Positions 17,300 to 31,462 of a stretch of 64,000 bases of DNA are shown piece by piece. The notes beneath the pieces are model-generated. The model was not told where the DNA came from. It saw only the letters and a program-made list of their open reading frames with translations, and ran no database searches. The position numbers and the translations under genes were made by a program. This stretch comes from Eledone cirrhosa (lineage: Eukaryota), in NCBI GenBank assembly GCA_964016885.1, contig OZ024741.1:59892001-59956000 (forward strand). The letters are read 5' to 3'. The first letter of the stretch is position 1, and every line of letters starts with the position of its first letter.

Positions 17300-17900
17300 A
17301 ACTATTTCGGTAAGTCAAAAGAGTATGAAAATAGGTGCCATATGAATTAAATGACAACCAGAAAAATCGTCACTTCTTTTGAGCAATAAAAACGATCAAT
17401 TTCTTAACCCTTCCAAAAATCCGACGACGTTCAACACAGTGGTTTGATCGAGGTGAAGCTCCAAAACAAGTCAAGACCGGTGTTTCACCAAAAGAAGGTC
17501 ATGGGGAGTCTTAAGTGAGCCACACCAATTTATTCTACTGCAGCTTTCTGAATCCTGGCGAAACAATCACGTCAGAGAGGCATTGCCATGAAATCGAATT
17601 AGACAAATCATAAATTGTGGTATGTGTGTCCAGAACTGATCAATAGAAACGCCCAATCATTCTTACACTACAATAATTGACTATACATCGCAGAATTAAC
17701 GCTCCAAAAGTTAAACGAATTTGGCAACGAAACTCTGCCTCATTCAGCATACACAGCGGCTATTTCACAAAAAATTCCCATTTATTCAAGCATGTTCACA
17801 TCTTCCTGCAAAGAAACGTTTTCATAACAAACAGCTACCAAAAATGAATGCCTTCGAAGAATTCCTGAACTCCAGAAATTCAGAATTCTAATAGTCCAGC
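17300..17900 (+). pseudogene. Degenerate mariner-type transposase remnant
   Basis: Hand-translated fragments such as HQKKVM, SFLNPGETIT, KLNEFGNETLPHSAY and AFEEF resemble the mariner catalytic region. Confidence 0.7.
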
Positions 17901-17951
17901 ATGACCCATGCTTTCCATCCCTTATGATAACTTTTTAGGTAATATTTAGGC

Positions 17952-18719
<768 letters not shown>

Positions 18720-18814
18720 ATTTATATATATATTTAAATAGTAATAATAATGAATTTGAAGGCTAAAATCCAAAGAGGGCATTTATTTATATACGTTTAT
18801 CTAATTATATGTAT

Positions 18815-18860
<46 letters not shown>

Positions 18861-19120
18861 TTTTTTATGTGTATTTGATGTATACATTCGTAATGCGTGC
18901 GGGTACAGGCGTTGCGTGGGTTCTTTATGTACGTGCGGGTTTTTTTTTTTGGGGGGGGGGTGTACGTGCGTGTATTTGTATACTTATGGCGAGCGTTTTC
19001 GCGTATTCTTGTGTATGTACGTATATGGATGCGTGTATGTATTTATTTAATTTCAATTACCTCTGTATTTTATTTACTTTATTCTTAACTCTGAAGCCGA
19101 GAATCATTCGGTTTCCTAAT

Positions 19121-19389
19121 TAGAATTTTAGTCTACGACTTCAGTTACGTGGTTTTGTCTTTGCGTGCAATTGTTCTCCTCGCTACACATATGACGTATT
19201 ATCTTCGTTTTTTCCATTCATTGCCAGAGAACATCTTTATGAACCACCTAATAGAATTTTAGTCTACGACTTCTTTTATGCCATAAATGTTGTTTTGTCT
19301 TTGCGTGTAATTGTTTTTCACCGCTCCAAATAATGATGTATTATATTCGTTTTTCCCGTTCTTTGCCAAGGAACATTTCCACGAACCAC
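19121..19389. repeat. Diverged tandem duplication of about 130 bp
   Basis: Both units start TAGAATTTTAGTCTACGACTTC and end GAACCAC. Confidence 0.8.
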
Positions 19390-19555
19390 AGTATCGTCTT
19401 CCTGTCTTCCTCCGGTTGCAACGCTTTTTGAAATATTTGCTTCTGCGTTCACAGATTGACTTTGTTAGTTTCAGAAGATCCCGTTAAGGGTGAAAGCAGC
19501 GATTCTTTGCTTAAACTTTAATCTGTTATTTTAATAAATATATATATATATTTAA

Positions 19556-19659
<104 letters not shown>

Positions 19660-20228
19660 ATTTATAAACCTCCAGTTATAATTCTCATAAAATTATATAA
19701 TTATATCTGCTCCTATGTCAGTTGCTAATTTTACCAACATCATTCACTCTACGCCATGTTTCTGTAACTTCTAATGGAGTCGATATGACTTAGAAGCGTA
19801 TATTGGATACGTAAGCTTGGTGGAATTCACCAATCACCACTTCGCAACACATCATATTTTTACCAGAAAGTGACGAGAGGAAGTGAGAACATGTGTTAAG
19901 GAGGAAGAAACGACCCCAATATTTGAAGGGTGATTAATTATAATGTAATAGGCATTCTAAATCTTGTGACGCCCATACCTCTCTAGATTGGAACACAACC
20001 GATTATTTTCAGGGAACTAAAGAAAATAGAGCGAGACAGTGTGAGAAAGAGTTATGGAAGAAGAATCGACTCAAGCACTAGAACAATATTTCAGAAAGAC
20101 AAAGTTGATCCCGACGGATTTGAATTCATAGCTCAAAGAGTTGGAATGAATATGATAAAACATAGTATCCATCTTTCTAACAGCTCTAGCATGTTACCGT
20201 CTATGTTCTATGTTAGTTGTTAATGTTT

Positions 20229-20412
20229 GTATATGGGTGAGTAATTTACACGAAATATTTTCTCTGTTTCACAATAATTCTGCAAAGACAGTTTATATAA
20301 TGATTTAGCTACTTCAGATTATTCTGAAGTAGATAAATCATTATATATACTGTCTTTGCAGAATTATTGTGATACAGAGAAAATATTTCGTGTAAATTAC
20401 TCACCCATATAC
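20229..20412. repeat. 184-bp near-perfect palindrome (90-bp arms, 3 mismatches, 4-nt loop)
   Basis: 20229-20318 is the reverse complement of 20323-20412. Confidence 0.95.
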
Positions 20413-20785
20413 CCCTCTTTCCTTCACACGTATATAAATATATGTGTATATATATATATATACATATGGAGAGAAAGAGAGAGCTTGTGTGTGGGAGAGA
20501 TGTGTATTATAATGAAATGTAGAAATAGTGATAATATTTTATATCTTTACGCACCAGTATAACGATACATTAAATATAAACATTTATTGTGATATTGTTA
20601 AATAAAATTCGTACTCTATAAATATAGGCTACTATGGGCAATGTTACTTTTATTTTCAGGTTTATTGTTTTGCTTTTTTGTTCATTTCTTTACTATTCCT
20701 TAGCTTCTAACTATGTAATATCATTCTTACAATTCAGGTAACTCTATAATTTTTTATGAATATATATCAATAAATGTAATTGTTT

Positions 20786-20900
20786 CGGGTAGGGCCAGTG
20801 GTTAGGTTGCATTGCCAATCAAAAGATCAGTGGTCTGATTCCTGGACTATACGAAGGGTTGTCTTATTGCATGAGATGCTTCATTTCATGATGAGTTGTA
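20786..20900 (+). mobile_element. Possible old tRNA-derived SINE of a second family
   Basis: A-box-like TAGGGCCAGTGGTTAGG and B-box-like GGTCTGATTCC at tRNA-like spacing. Confidence 0.4.
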
Positions 20901-22352
20901 TGACACTACTGGAACTCCTATGGTTAAAATGCTCACGAAACATTCTATGAGATGTATCCCTGTATGAAGCCAGTTAATCGCCTGCATGTTTGTACGCCGT
21001 AGTAAAAAAACAACCCTGTGACTCTTATCATTAAAACAGGCGAAAAAAACTTCCCATTAGATACAACCTCGTAGGAGTTTAGCTACACCTGCTTAATTGT
21101 GAGTTGAAACATAATTGTGAGTTGCAACAATAATGATCTGATAAGACACAAATTCATAAGAGGTTAGTTACATGTGCATAGATGTTAGCTGTAACAACAC
21201 TACAACACCTGTCATGAAAACATCTGAGATGGCTCCTATGAGATACAACTTAGATAGGTGCGAGCTGCAATTTTATATCATGTGGAAAACTGGGACAGAA
21301 TGTGTGTGTATCAATTATATCAGTCATAGTTTTTCCAGCAATGGATAAAGCCTTTACTTCTCTTTCTGTATCCATCGCCAATATTTATCTTATTCACCAT
21401 TCTATATTGGTTCATTGTTTTCCGCTACTAGTTCTCAAGATATGTCCAGCCCAATTCTATTAGATTGATTTTATAGTAAAGAAAACTAGTTTTAATATAT
21501 GATATTTCCTACGACACCATCGATAGTATGGTTGTGTTTATCACTTGCCAATCGATATTTATGTATCGCATAATATTATGACAACTAACTGGTTGTTGCA
21601 TAGTCATAAAAACCAATCAATGGGTGATTAGATATTCTCAAATAGGCAGATGTTTAAAGAGTCTTCCACGGAACAATCTGCTCATTAAATTAATGTGTTA
21701 GTATTCCTCAGACACGTGAATCCAGGCGCACATTTTAGCCATAAGCTGAGGTGCAAATTACTCAGGTACTTATTGTACAACTAGTCTAGTGTACAAAATA
21801 ACTAGGCACATAATGTAGAATTAGCCTAAAATACTAAATACTCAGGTGCTGGATCAGCTTCCTATGTATCTTGATACCTACGAGTTTTATGTGCCTTCAC
21901 TACAAATAGAGGTTTGAGTCAATGTTAAGATAGAAAATGTTAGCATCTACTTTAAACTGATGGATTTGTCGGAATCTTATAATAAGGAATACATATTAAT
22001 CGATGTTTACGTAAAAAAAATGTTCCGCTTTTATCGTAAATAGAGTGTAAACTTAATAAGGCAACATGTGTCAGGCACGTAGTATGATTTTAGATGTTTG
22101 TTATATATTCCAGCTCGTAGATTTAATTTACAACCGTTAAAAGACTCTCCGTAAAGGATGAGCGAGTTGTATCATGGGATCAGAAGAGATATCTTATGAA
22201 ATAATATACGATTGCAATTAGATTAACGTGCCGCGGTAAAACATTTCTGTCAGACATTATATATTTCATCTAATTTTGAATGAAAATATGAAAGATGTGT
22301 CAACGGTATCGCCTCATATTGCAAATAATTATATCTAGTTTGATGTTATGTT

Positions 22353-22826
<474 letters not shown>

Positions 22827-23103
22827 GCCTTATCATGTTACAGCCCGTACTTCATAACAATAAACTAAGTATTCCGCTGACGTAGCAAGTATACAAACAT
22901 TCGCCAATCGACTGAAGGTTTCAATGTAAGACAAAACAAAATTGATTCTGGACAGTGTCTACAATGGCTGCCAAAATATCTTTCCATTATTCATCAAACC
23001 TAACCCATGCATGCATATATTTCTATATAATCTATATCTATCTATCTATCTATATAAAGAAATTTATCTATATAAATCATACATACATGTATATATGTAT
23101 ATA

Positions 23104-23151
<48 letters not shown>

Positions 23152-23662
23152 CGCATGTGATGGGGTATCAACAACAATCTACGACGAAAGGAAGAAAGGG
23201 TAGAGATTAATATATTGAGATTATTAGGTGAAAAGAATATTGGTGAAACGTAAATTAAAATGTATCACCATTATAAAACACATAATATTATGAATGTATA
23301 TATAGTGTATTTGGTAATACAGTGTATGCTTAATTAAAAGCATTTTGAAGACCTTACGCTATTGTTTTAACGTAGTGACTATGTCACATAATTCTTTTTT
23401 CAACAAACAAAGGGAGATAAGCTGACTAATCTCTGTTTCATACTGTTGGTATTCCTCAGAGCTAAGCACTCCCCATGTTTGTTGAAAATGATGAATGTTT
23501 GATTCTTATAGAAATCCAGTAATAATCAGGGTCTGATTATACAGAGCAGTTGGTGGTCCAGCAAAAATTGAAAATTAGAATTGGTGCTGTGGAATAGCGA
23601 TGTATATATGAATGTATATATTTTTGCTGGACCGGCAACCACTGATGACGGATATTCCTGGC

Positions 23663-23714
<52 letters not shown>

Positions 23715-23965
23715 CTGTGTGTGTAATAAAATGTGGAGAAGGAGCACATAAATAAATTCCATTGTTAATTAATAAATAAATTAACTAATACCTTAACACT
23801 TCACATAAAGTAAAATATTTTGTTTTAATCATTTTCTAACCCAGAAGAAAGAGCAGAAAATACAAAGGAAAAAATGTATTTTTCTTCCTAATAAGCGTCT
23901 TTTTCTCCCTGGTTTCATATATATATATATATATAAACGTAATAAAGGCTTAACAAATCGCCCTT

Positions 23966-24007
<42 letters not shown>

Positions 24008-24008
<1 letters not shown>

Positions 24009-27000
24009 AGTTGCATTTATCTTGCTTTATGTTCATACGAGTTATCACCAAGTCACAACCAGTGACCTCAAGAGACAACAAGGTCCGCCATGTTCAAGAA
24101 AGAACACACATATTCACACATGCATCTTTAGTGTTTAGACTTGTGATGTACTTATATTGACAGAATCTTCCTTAGTATATGGGCAGTTCCCATTAGTACT
24201 ATCTTTTGTATTTCTCCTATACGCGGGTTTCCTGGGATTTGCGATATGTAATCATTAGACCCCTTAGGTATCATTCCCAGAGCGCCTACAACCACTGGTA
24301 TTGTTTTAGTTCTCAATTTCCACATTTTTCCAATTTCTATCTCCAGGTCCTTATACTTGCTCAATTTTTCAAATGTCTTTATAGATACATTCTTGTCTAT
24401 TGGAACAGACATATCAATTAGCAGGCATACCCTCTTTTGAAAGTCTTTCAATATTATATCAGGTCTATTTGCATCTATTTTTCGGTCTGTTTGGATGCTA
24501 AAGTTCCACAAGATTGAGATGTGATCTTTTTCAAGTATGGGTGGTGGTTGATGCTCCCACCAATTCTTTTGATGGGGCAGGTCAAAATGCTTACACATTA
24601 TCCAATGTATGTATTGTGCAGCTCTGTCATGCCTGTTTAGGTATTCGGTTGGAGCTATAGGACTGCACATTGAAATTATATGGTCAATGGTCTCTGGTTG
24701 TTTTTTGCATACACGGCATAATGGGCTGCACCCATTTTTTATTATGTTGGCTTGGTAATTTTTTGTTGGCAGACACTGATCTTGTGCCGATATAATCAGT
24801 CCTTCAGTCTCCGGTTTCAGTCCAGAGGATGCCAACCACTGATGGGTTAAAGTTTTGTCAACATCAGGATTGTTAGCTCGCTCTGGGTATTTTCCATACA
24901 GAGGCTTTTCTTGCCATTTCTTAGCCAGTTTCTGTAGCAGTTCTTTCTTTGCAGTTACTTTTACCTGCTTTGCTTTTTCTGTGTTTTCCATTTCAGCAGT
25001 AAATGGGACTTCTGAAATTTGTAGTCCATTACTGTATCTTTGTGCATCTTTTGTAATGGAATATGATCTTTTGATGCTTTCGTGTTTCAAAACGGGTTTG
25101 ATAATCCAATCATGTGATTCCCTTAGATATGTAGATAATCCAATTGTTGCAGTTTTCAACGCAATGTCTAACTGGATTAACCCACGTCCTCCTTCTTTCC
25201 TGGGGAGATATATTCTATCTATATCTGCCTTAGGGTGATGCATTCTGTGCATGGTTAAGAATTTTCGAATTTTTGTATCGAGCCTACGGATCTCTGTGCT
25301 TGACCAGTTGATGACATTGTAACTGTAGGTTACTACTGGTATGGCAAGCGTGTTTATGGCATCGATCCTATTCCTTGCATTCAATTCCGTTCTTAAGATT
25401 GCTCTTACTCTGCGGTAACATTCCTTCCTTATCCTTTCCCTCATTGTCGAGTGCTTGATTCCGTCTCCTTCACAAACACCTAGATATTTGTAAGTTTTTT
25501 CTTGATCAAGTTCTCTTATCACGTTCCCCGATCAAGATTAATGTCTTAACTCTTCAGCAGCTTTCCTCTAGTGAACGTTGCTTTGGCGCATTTATCTAGT
25601 CCAAACTCCATTTTAATGTCATCACTGAACTGCTTCACAGTGGATAATAGCCCTTGCAATTGTTCATCATTTTTTGCAAATAGTTTCAGGTCATCCATGT
25701 AGAACAGGTGATTAATGGTTTTGTCATAGACTTTATATCCATGTTTTGTTTCATTGAGCATTTTACTTAATGGTATAATTCCACAATTAATATTAACTTC
25801 TCCAGCTTCCAGTGATTTTGTTTCACTATTCAAAAGGAGTGTCGTGTTCCATGTCTTCATACTGAATGACAAAAACCTCCTGACAACGGAGGATACTTTG
25901 AAAATCTCTAAACATTTTTCAATCCAACTGTGTGGCAAACTATCAAATGTTTTTTTATAATCTATCCAAGCAATCGATAGATTTTTGTGTCTATTATGAC
26001 AATCTTCCAGTATCATTTTGTTAACCAGAAGCTGATCCTTACAGCCATATCAGCCTCGTTTACACCCTTTCTGCTCAATGGGAAATAGGTCATTTGTTAT
26101 CAGGTGGTCATATGTGTATTCAGTTAGGACTGATGTTAAAATTTTATACATTGTGGTCAAGCAAGTTATCGGTCTGTAATTTTGGGGATTGTTTGTCTCA
26201 TCATTCTTCGGGAGCAGGAATGTAATGCCGTTAACTAGCCATGAAGGTATCTTTTCTGGCTCCTTAACTATTTCATTGTAAAGTTGGGCTAACAGCTCAT
26301 GAGACTCTGTGAAGGCATTTATCCAAAAGTTTTGTATTTTGTCTTTTCCTGGGGATTTCCATTTGCTGGTTTTTCTTGGAGCCAAGCGCAACTGTTCAAC
26401 TGTTATATTTTGCCATGTTTGTTCCTCAAGGTGAGCTGTATCTTTCATGTGTCTGTCTATCCATGGGGCATGTATGTTATGAACTTTTTCTTCGGCCCAG
26501 ATCTTTTCCCAGAGTTCTTGCACTTCTTCCTTGGGTGGTATTGATTTAGCATTTATTGTTGACTTACCAATTTTTCTGTAGAAGTTTCTTTGGTTGTTTT
26601 TGAACATATTATTGTCCTTATAGAATCTAGATCGTTTTTCAAAGCGCCTTATACGAGCAGCTTTGGCCGACACTTTTTGCTTGATTATTTCTATCAGCAT
26701 GTCTATGTCACATGTTGATTTTATACTGTACTTTTTTTTCAATTTTCTAAGTTTAGTTTGTTTAACATGTTCACCTACTTTATAGTTTGTTAAAATTTCT
26801 ATGTCAGATCGGAGAAGGTTTATTTGGCGATTGATGTTCTCTTGCCAAGTAGATTTCTTGTGGGAATTCCTTTGTTTTTTCATCTTCACGCCACATAAGT
26901 GAGTGGTGACTTTAGCCGATGCATAATAGAGATGATTTAAATCAGTAATGTTTAGTTTGTTTGTGATGATAATGTTTTTGAGAATTATGTTAGTCTTGTG

Positions 27001-27272
27001 TATTATTTTTTGGTTCTGTTTGGAGTTCTGGATCTTAGGGAGGGTTTCTCGTTGCCCCATGTCAGATTTCTTGTGGGAATTCCTTTGTTTTTTCATCTTC
27101 ACGCCACATAAGTGAGTGGTGACTTTAGCCGATGCATAATAGAGATGATTTAAATCAGTAATGTTTAGTTTGTTTGTGATGATAATGTTTTTGAGAATTA
27201 TGTTAGTCTTGTCTATTATCTTTTGGTTCTGTTTGGAGTTCTGGATCTTAGGGAGGGTGTCTCGTTGACCCA

Positions 27273-27275
<3 letters not shown>
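24008..27275 (-). mobile_element. R4/Dong-like LINE copy 1 (RT, CCHC, restriction-like endonuclease), 5'-truncated and disrupted
   Basis: NYRPITCL, WIDYKKTFDS, LFYMDDLKLF, CRVC..ETIDHIISMC, RHD, RPDII..LLID..K..KY; (TAA)n tail at 23968-24007; QGD motif deleted. Confidence 0.92.
26851..27275 (-). repeat. 213-bp (71-codon) in-frame tandem duplication at the 5' end of Dong copy 1
   Basis: MGQR(D/E)TLPKIQNSK...KKQRNSHKKS occurs twice; about 4 substitutions. Confidence 0.92.
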
Positions 27276-27309
<34 letters not shown>

Positions 27310-27318
27310 GTTGTTATT

Positions 27319-30300
27319 CCTTGAATCTCAGTCATTGATGTTGGTTAACTGGAAAGTCCGTTGGAATGAATATCAAGCCACTACCTGCAGCCTCAGATAT
27401 TCAGGACGTATCGGAGGGTTCTTGCTGTTCCAAGGAAGCATGCCTTTTGAAGCGTTCCAAAAAGCGCGAAGGGGCCGATTTTCTTTAACCATCACTGGAA
27501 ACTTTTGGAGATAGTCCCCAGTGCGCCTATGACAATCGGGATCACTTTGACTTCATGGCAGTTCCAAATCCTTTTCACCTCCCACTTTAGGTCCTGGTAT
27601 CGGTTAATTTTCTCCCTCTCCTTCTCTTGCACTCTCGTGTTGAAAGGGCAGGCCACATCCACAATCAGACACGATCTTTTTTCTTTGTCCACAACCACCA
27701 GGGCAGGTCTATTGTGTTCCAGTTTTTTGTCCGTCTGTATCCTAAAATCCCACAGCACCTTCACCTGATTGTTCTCCATCACCGCCTCTGGCCTATGCTC
27801 ATACCATTTCTCAGAATGTGGTAAATTGTTTACTTTGCATAGGTGCCAGTTGATCACCCTGGCCATCACATCGTGTCTCCAGCCCTTATAGTGGGTCTGG
27901 GCTAGGTGTTTACACTCGGACACAATGTGAGCCACAGTCTCCTTTGTCTCTCCACAGATCCTGCACAGTGGGCTAGCCTCCTCCTTGTAAATATGGTGCT
28001 TCAACCACTTCGTTTTGAGGGCCTGCTCCTGCGCAGCCATTAGCATTCCTTCTGTAGCCTTTTTGAGGTCTCCTCTTCTCAACCAGTTCCATGTCTGTGG
28101 ATCTCTAAATTCAGTTTTCTCAAAGAAGGTACTATGAAGGGATTTTCCCTTAAGGCTGCTCTTCCTCCTTGATGTTATTTCCTCCTTGGACATCCCCTGG
28201 CCTACTGTCCCCTCCTTCAGTACAGTTCTGAGCATTGGCTCCTTACTATAGGTCACGTATTTGTTTTTCTCCATTTGAACACAGTCCTCTATGCTGATAA
28301 GACCTCTTCCACCCTCAGATCTCCTTAAGTAGAGTCTATTGACATCACTCCTCTTGTGGAACATGTTTTAGATAGTCAATAGCTTCCTAGTCTTCCTATC
28401 CATTTATTTCTGTTCAGCAACATTCCATCTCAGAATTCCCGCACTGTACCTAATAATAGACACAGCTCGGGAATTTACTGCACTTATGGCATTCCTACTG
28501 TTCAGATGTGACTTTAATACGCTCCTTACTCTCCGAATATATTGAGTTCTTATCAATTCCTTCATTTTTTTGTTATTGATGTCATCAGCCTCGAGAACGC
28601 CCAAATACTTGTATCCTTCTTCAGAGTCAATTTCCTTTATCATCTAACTCGTTGGTACCTGGATTCCGTCACTTCTGCTCGACTTACCCCTCTTCATCAC
28701 AATGACTCCATACTTACTAATACCAAATTGCATACGTATATCATTGGTGAAAATACGGACAGTGTCAACAAGCACATCCAACTCCTTCTCACTCTTCCCG
28801 AAGAGCTTAAGATCGTCCATGAAGAGGAGGTGATTGATGGTAAGCCCTCACTTTCCCAACCTGTATCCTGCTCTCACTTTTCGCAGTACACTGGTCAGGG
28901 GCATCAGGGCAAGGACAAACAACAGAGGGGACAGACTATCTCGCTGGAAGATACCTCTCTTGATCTTCACGCTTCCCAAGGATTCTCTAGTTGATGTTAA
29001 CTCTGTTTCCCAGGACTTCATACTTTTTCCCAACAACTGTCTGATGTTATCTGCCACCTTGAAGATCTCCAGGCTTTTGGTGATCCAAGAATGAGGCACC
29101 ATGTCAAATGCCTTTTTGTAGTCTATCCATCCCATGGCAAGACCAGTGTGTCTCCTCTTGCAATTCCTCATTACCATCTTATCAATAAGTAACTGGTCCT
29201 TTGTACCACGTGACTTCTTTCGGCATCCTTTATGTTCATCCGGTAACAAGTTGTTTGTGTGGAGGTGATGGTAGATTTCCTCAGACATAATGCTCGTCAA
29301 CAGTTTCCACATTTCGGACAGACATGTGATAGGTCTATAGTTGGTAACATCATTACCAATGATTCGGTCTTTCATTATCAGAACTGTGGTACCCTTTGTC
29401 AACCACTCTGGTACCTCACCTGACATCAAGCAGCCATTGAACGTGGTTGTCAATTTCGGGTGGAGGGATGATATATTTTTAATCCAATACCCCTGCACAC
29501 CATCTGGGCCTGGTGATTTCGAGTTGGTTAGTTTTTTGGCCTGCCCCTTAAGAGTTTCAACTGTGATACTCAAATCAGTTTGTTGGTGTGCCTGTTCACT
29601 AATCTCCTTCTGTACTGTCTCAATCCACACTGCCTGGTCATTATGTTTAACATCCTTCTCCCATATTCCTCTCCAGAATGTTTTAGTTTGTTCCGCCTCA
29701 GGGATCAAGTCGTTGTCTCTTTCTTTCCCTTCAAGCAGTCCAAACAGCATCTTTTGGTTGTTGTCGAACATGCGGTTCTGTCTATACTGGCTGACTCTGT
29801 TCTCGTATCGCCTGATTTTTGCACTCTTTGCTGCAATGCGTTGCTTCAGTTCTTCTATGATAATATTTAGCTCTTTCCTCCTAGTTTTGTACTTCATATC
29901 CAGTCTATGTTTAGTGTCTATGTTTTTTAGTGTCCCATTCAGTAGGGACTCATGCTTTCCAATGTCATTTCTCATTTCCCTGATTTGACCACTCAGTCGT
30001 TTCTTTCACCAAGGCTCTGCTCTTTCTTGTCTGTTGTTTCCTCTCGCTTTTATACCAAGTAGTTTCCTCACCGTATTTGCTGTTGCTTTGAGGATATTGT
30101 TGCACTGGTGAAGGCTCCTCGCCTCAAGGTATGGGATGACTTTATTTACCTTAGCTGTTGTTTCTTTTAACTTTTTCCTGTCTACAAATCTTAGGTTCAT
30201 AGGGCTCCCACTATCATTGTTCAATTCATCCACCACTAAGTTTAGGATATGAACCAAATCTTGTCCTAGCCCATCAGTATTCATCTCCACAGTGGCCGTA

Positions 30301-30805
30301 TCTCTGTTCCAGGTATTATTTATCTCAGCATTCAGATCATTTTCTGCTTCGGGTGGTTCCTCCGTTCTCTCGACCTCTTCGCCTTCATTTCCCACTGGCT
30401 CGTTTGCCTGGCATACTCCACTCTCCATCTCCAAGCTAATCTCTCTGCTCAGTTGCTCCAGTTCCAGCTCGCTTATCCACCCATTAGTTCCTATTACCCG
30501 AACCTGCCCGGCCAATTTTTGTTCATCTAATTTAAATAGACCAATCTCGTTCCAGATGTTATGCATCCGTTTCCTATAGCCTTTCTCGTTGGGGTTACTC
30601 TTCAGGTAACATTGCATAACAGTTCTATTCAATTCTTTCGTCCAGTTGGTTCTGGTCCCTTTCCTTCTTCTTCCTCCGACACCAGCAGTATTTGGTTGAC
30701 AGCCAGGTCCCTGATGCTAAGGTAGGAGCACCTGTTGGGTGAGAGTCTGTCACATGACATTCTAGTCTCCATTTCACCGTTATTCGAACTGTTTAGGTTC
30801 GACAT
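27319..30805 (-). mobile_element. R4/Dong-like LINE copy 2 (second subfamily), whole ORF region, frameshifted; 5' region may continue to about 39976
   Basis: N-terminal WTKELNRTVMQCY, WIDYKKAFDMVPH, LLFMDDLKLF, CRIC..ETVAHIVSEC, RLE; (TAA)n tail 27276-27318. Confidence 0.92.
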
Positions 30806-31462
30806 TTAAACACTCTTATCGAGGATTGGCGAATGTATGGTTACATAACCACCGGTGAATTAATCGTCTCCGGTGGTTCCGTCACTCCACGTGATTTTTG
30901 TGTGGCATTATCACGCTGTAAACGAACATAAATAAACAAACAAACAGGCAAAAAAAACCCCCAAAAATGAATAAGCATAAGTTTCATTGTAATGTAGTGT
31001 TTGAATGTCTGACTTAGTTTTTCCCTTCCCTTCTCTGTCCGTCTGTTTGTTTTTCTCTTCATTCTTATTTTCTTTACGTTTTTCGTTGTTGCTGTGCTGC
31101 TTTGATTTTGATTTTTGTTTTTTTTATTTTGACCGGGTCATCAATTCAGTCTATTTATATATTTTGATGCCTTCCACTTTTAGTGGGGGTTCTACGAGGT
31201 AGCGGGAGAGAATAGCGGCGGTAGTGATAATGAGGCAGTGGTGGTGGTGGTGGCGGTGCTGTGATAGCAGCAACTAGCAGGAGGTAGTGGGAGAGAATAG
31301 CGCCGGTAGCGATAAATCATTATTAGGCAGTGGTGGTGGTGATGTGGTCGTATTACTGTAGTGATGGTGTTGAAGTTGGAGTAGAAATAGCGGTTGAGTC
31401 GACTTAACCAGAGTTTTTATCGTGGTAGTGGTGGTGGTGTTGGTGGTGAAAATATCTTTAGT

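Noticed and set aside
30810-30930. HDV-like ribozyme 5' of the Dong ORF (also sought at 35520-35790 for the RTE)
   Set aside because: A TCCTCG loop-like word is present but I could not build the nested pseudoknot; needs a descriptor-based search
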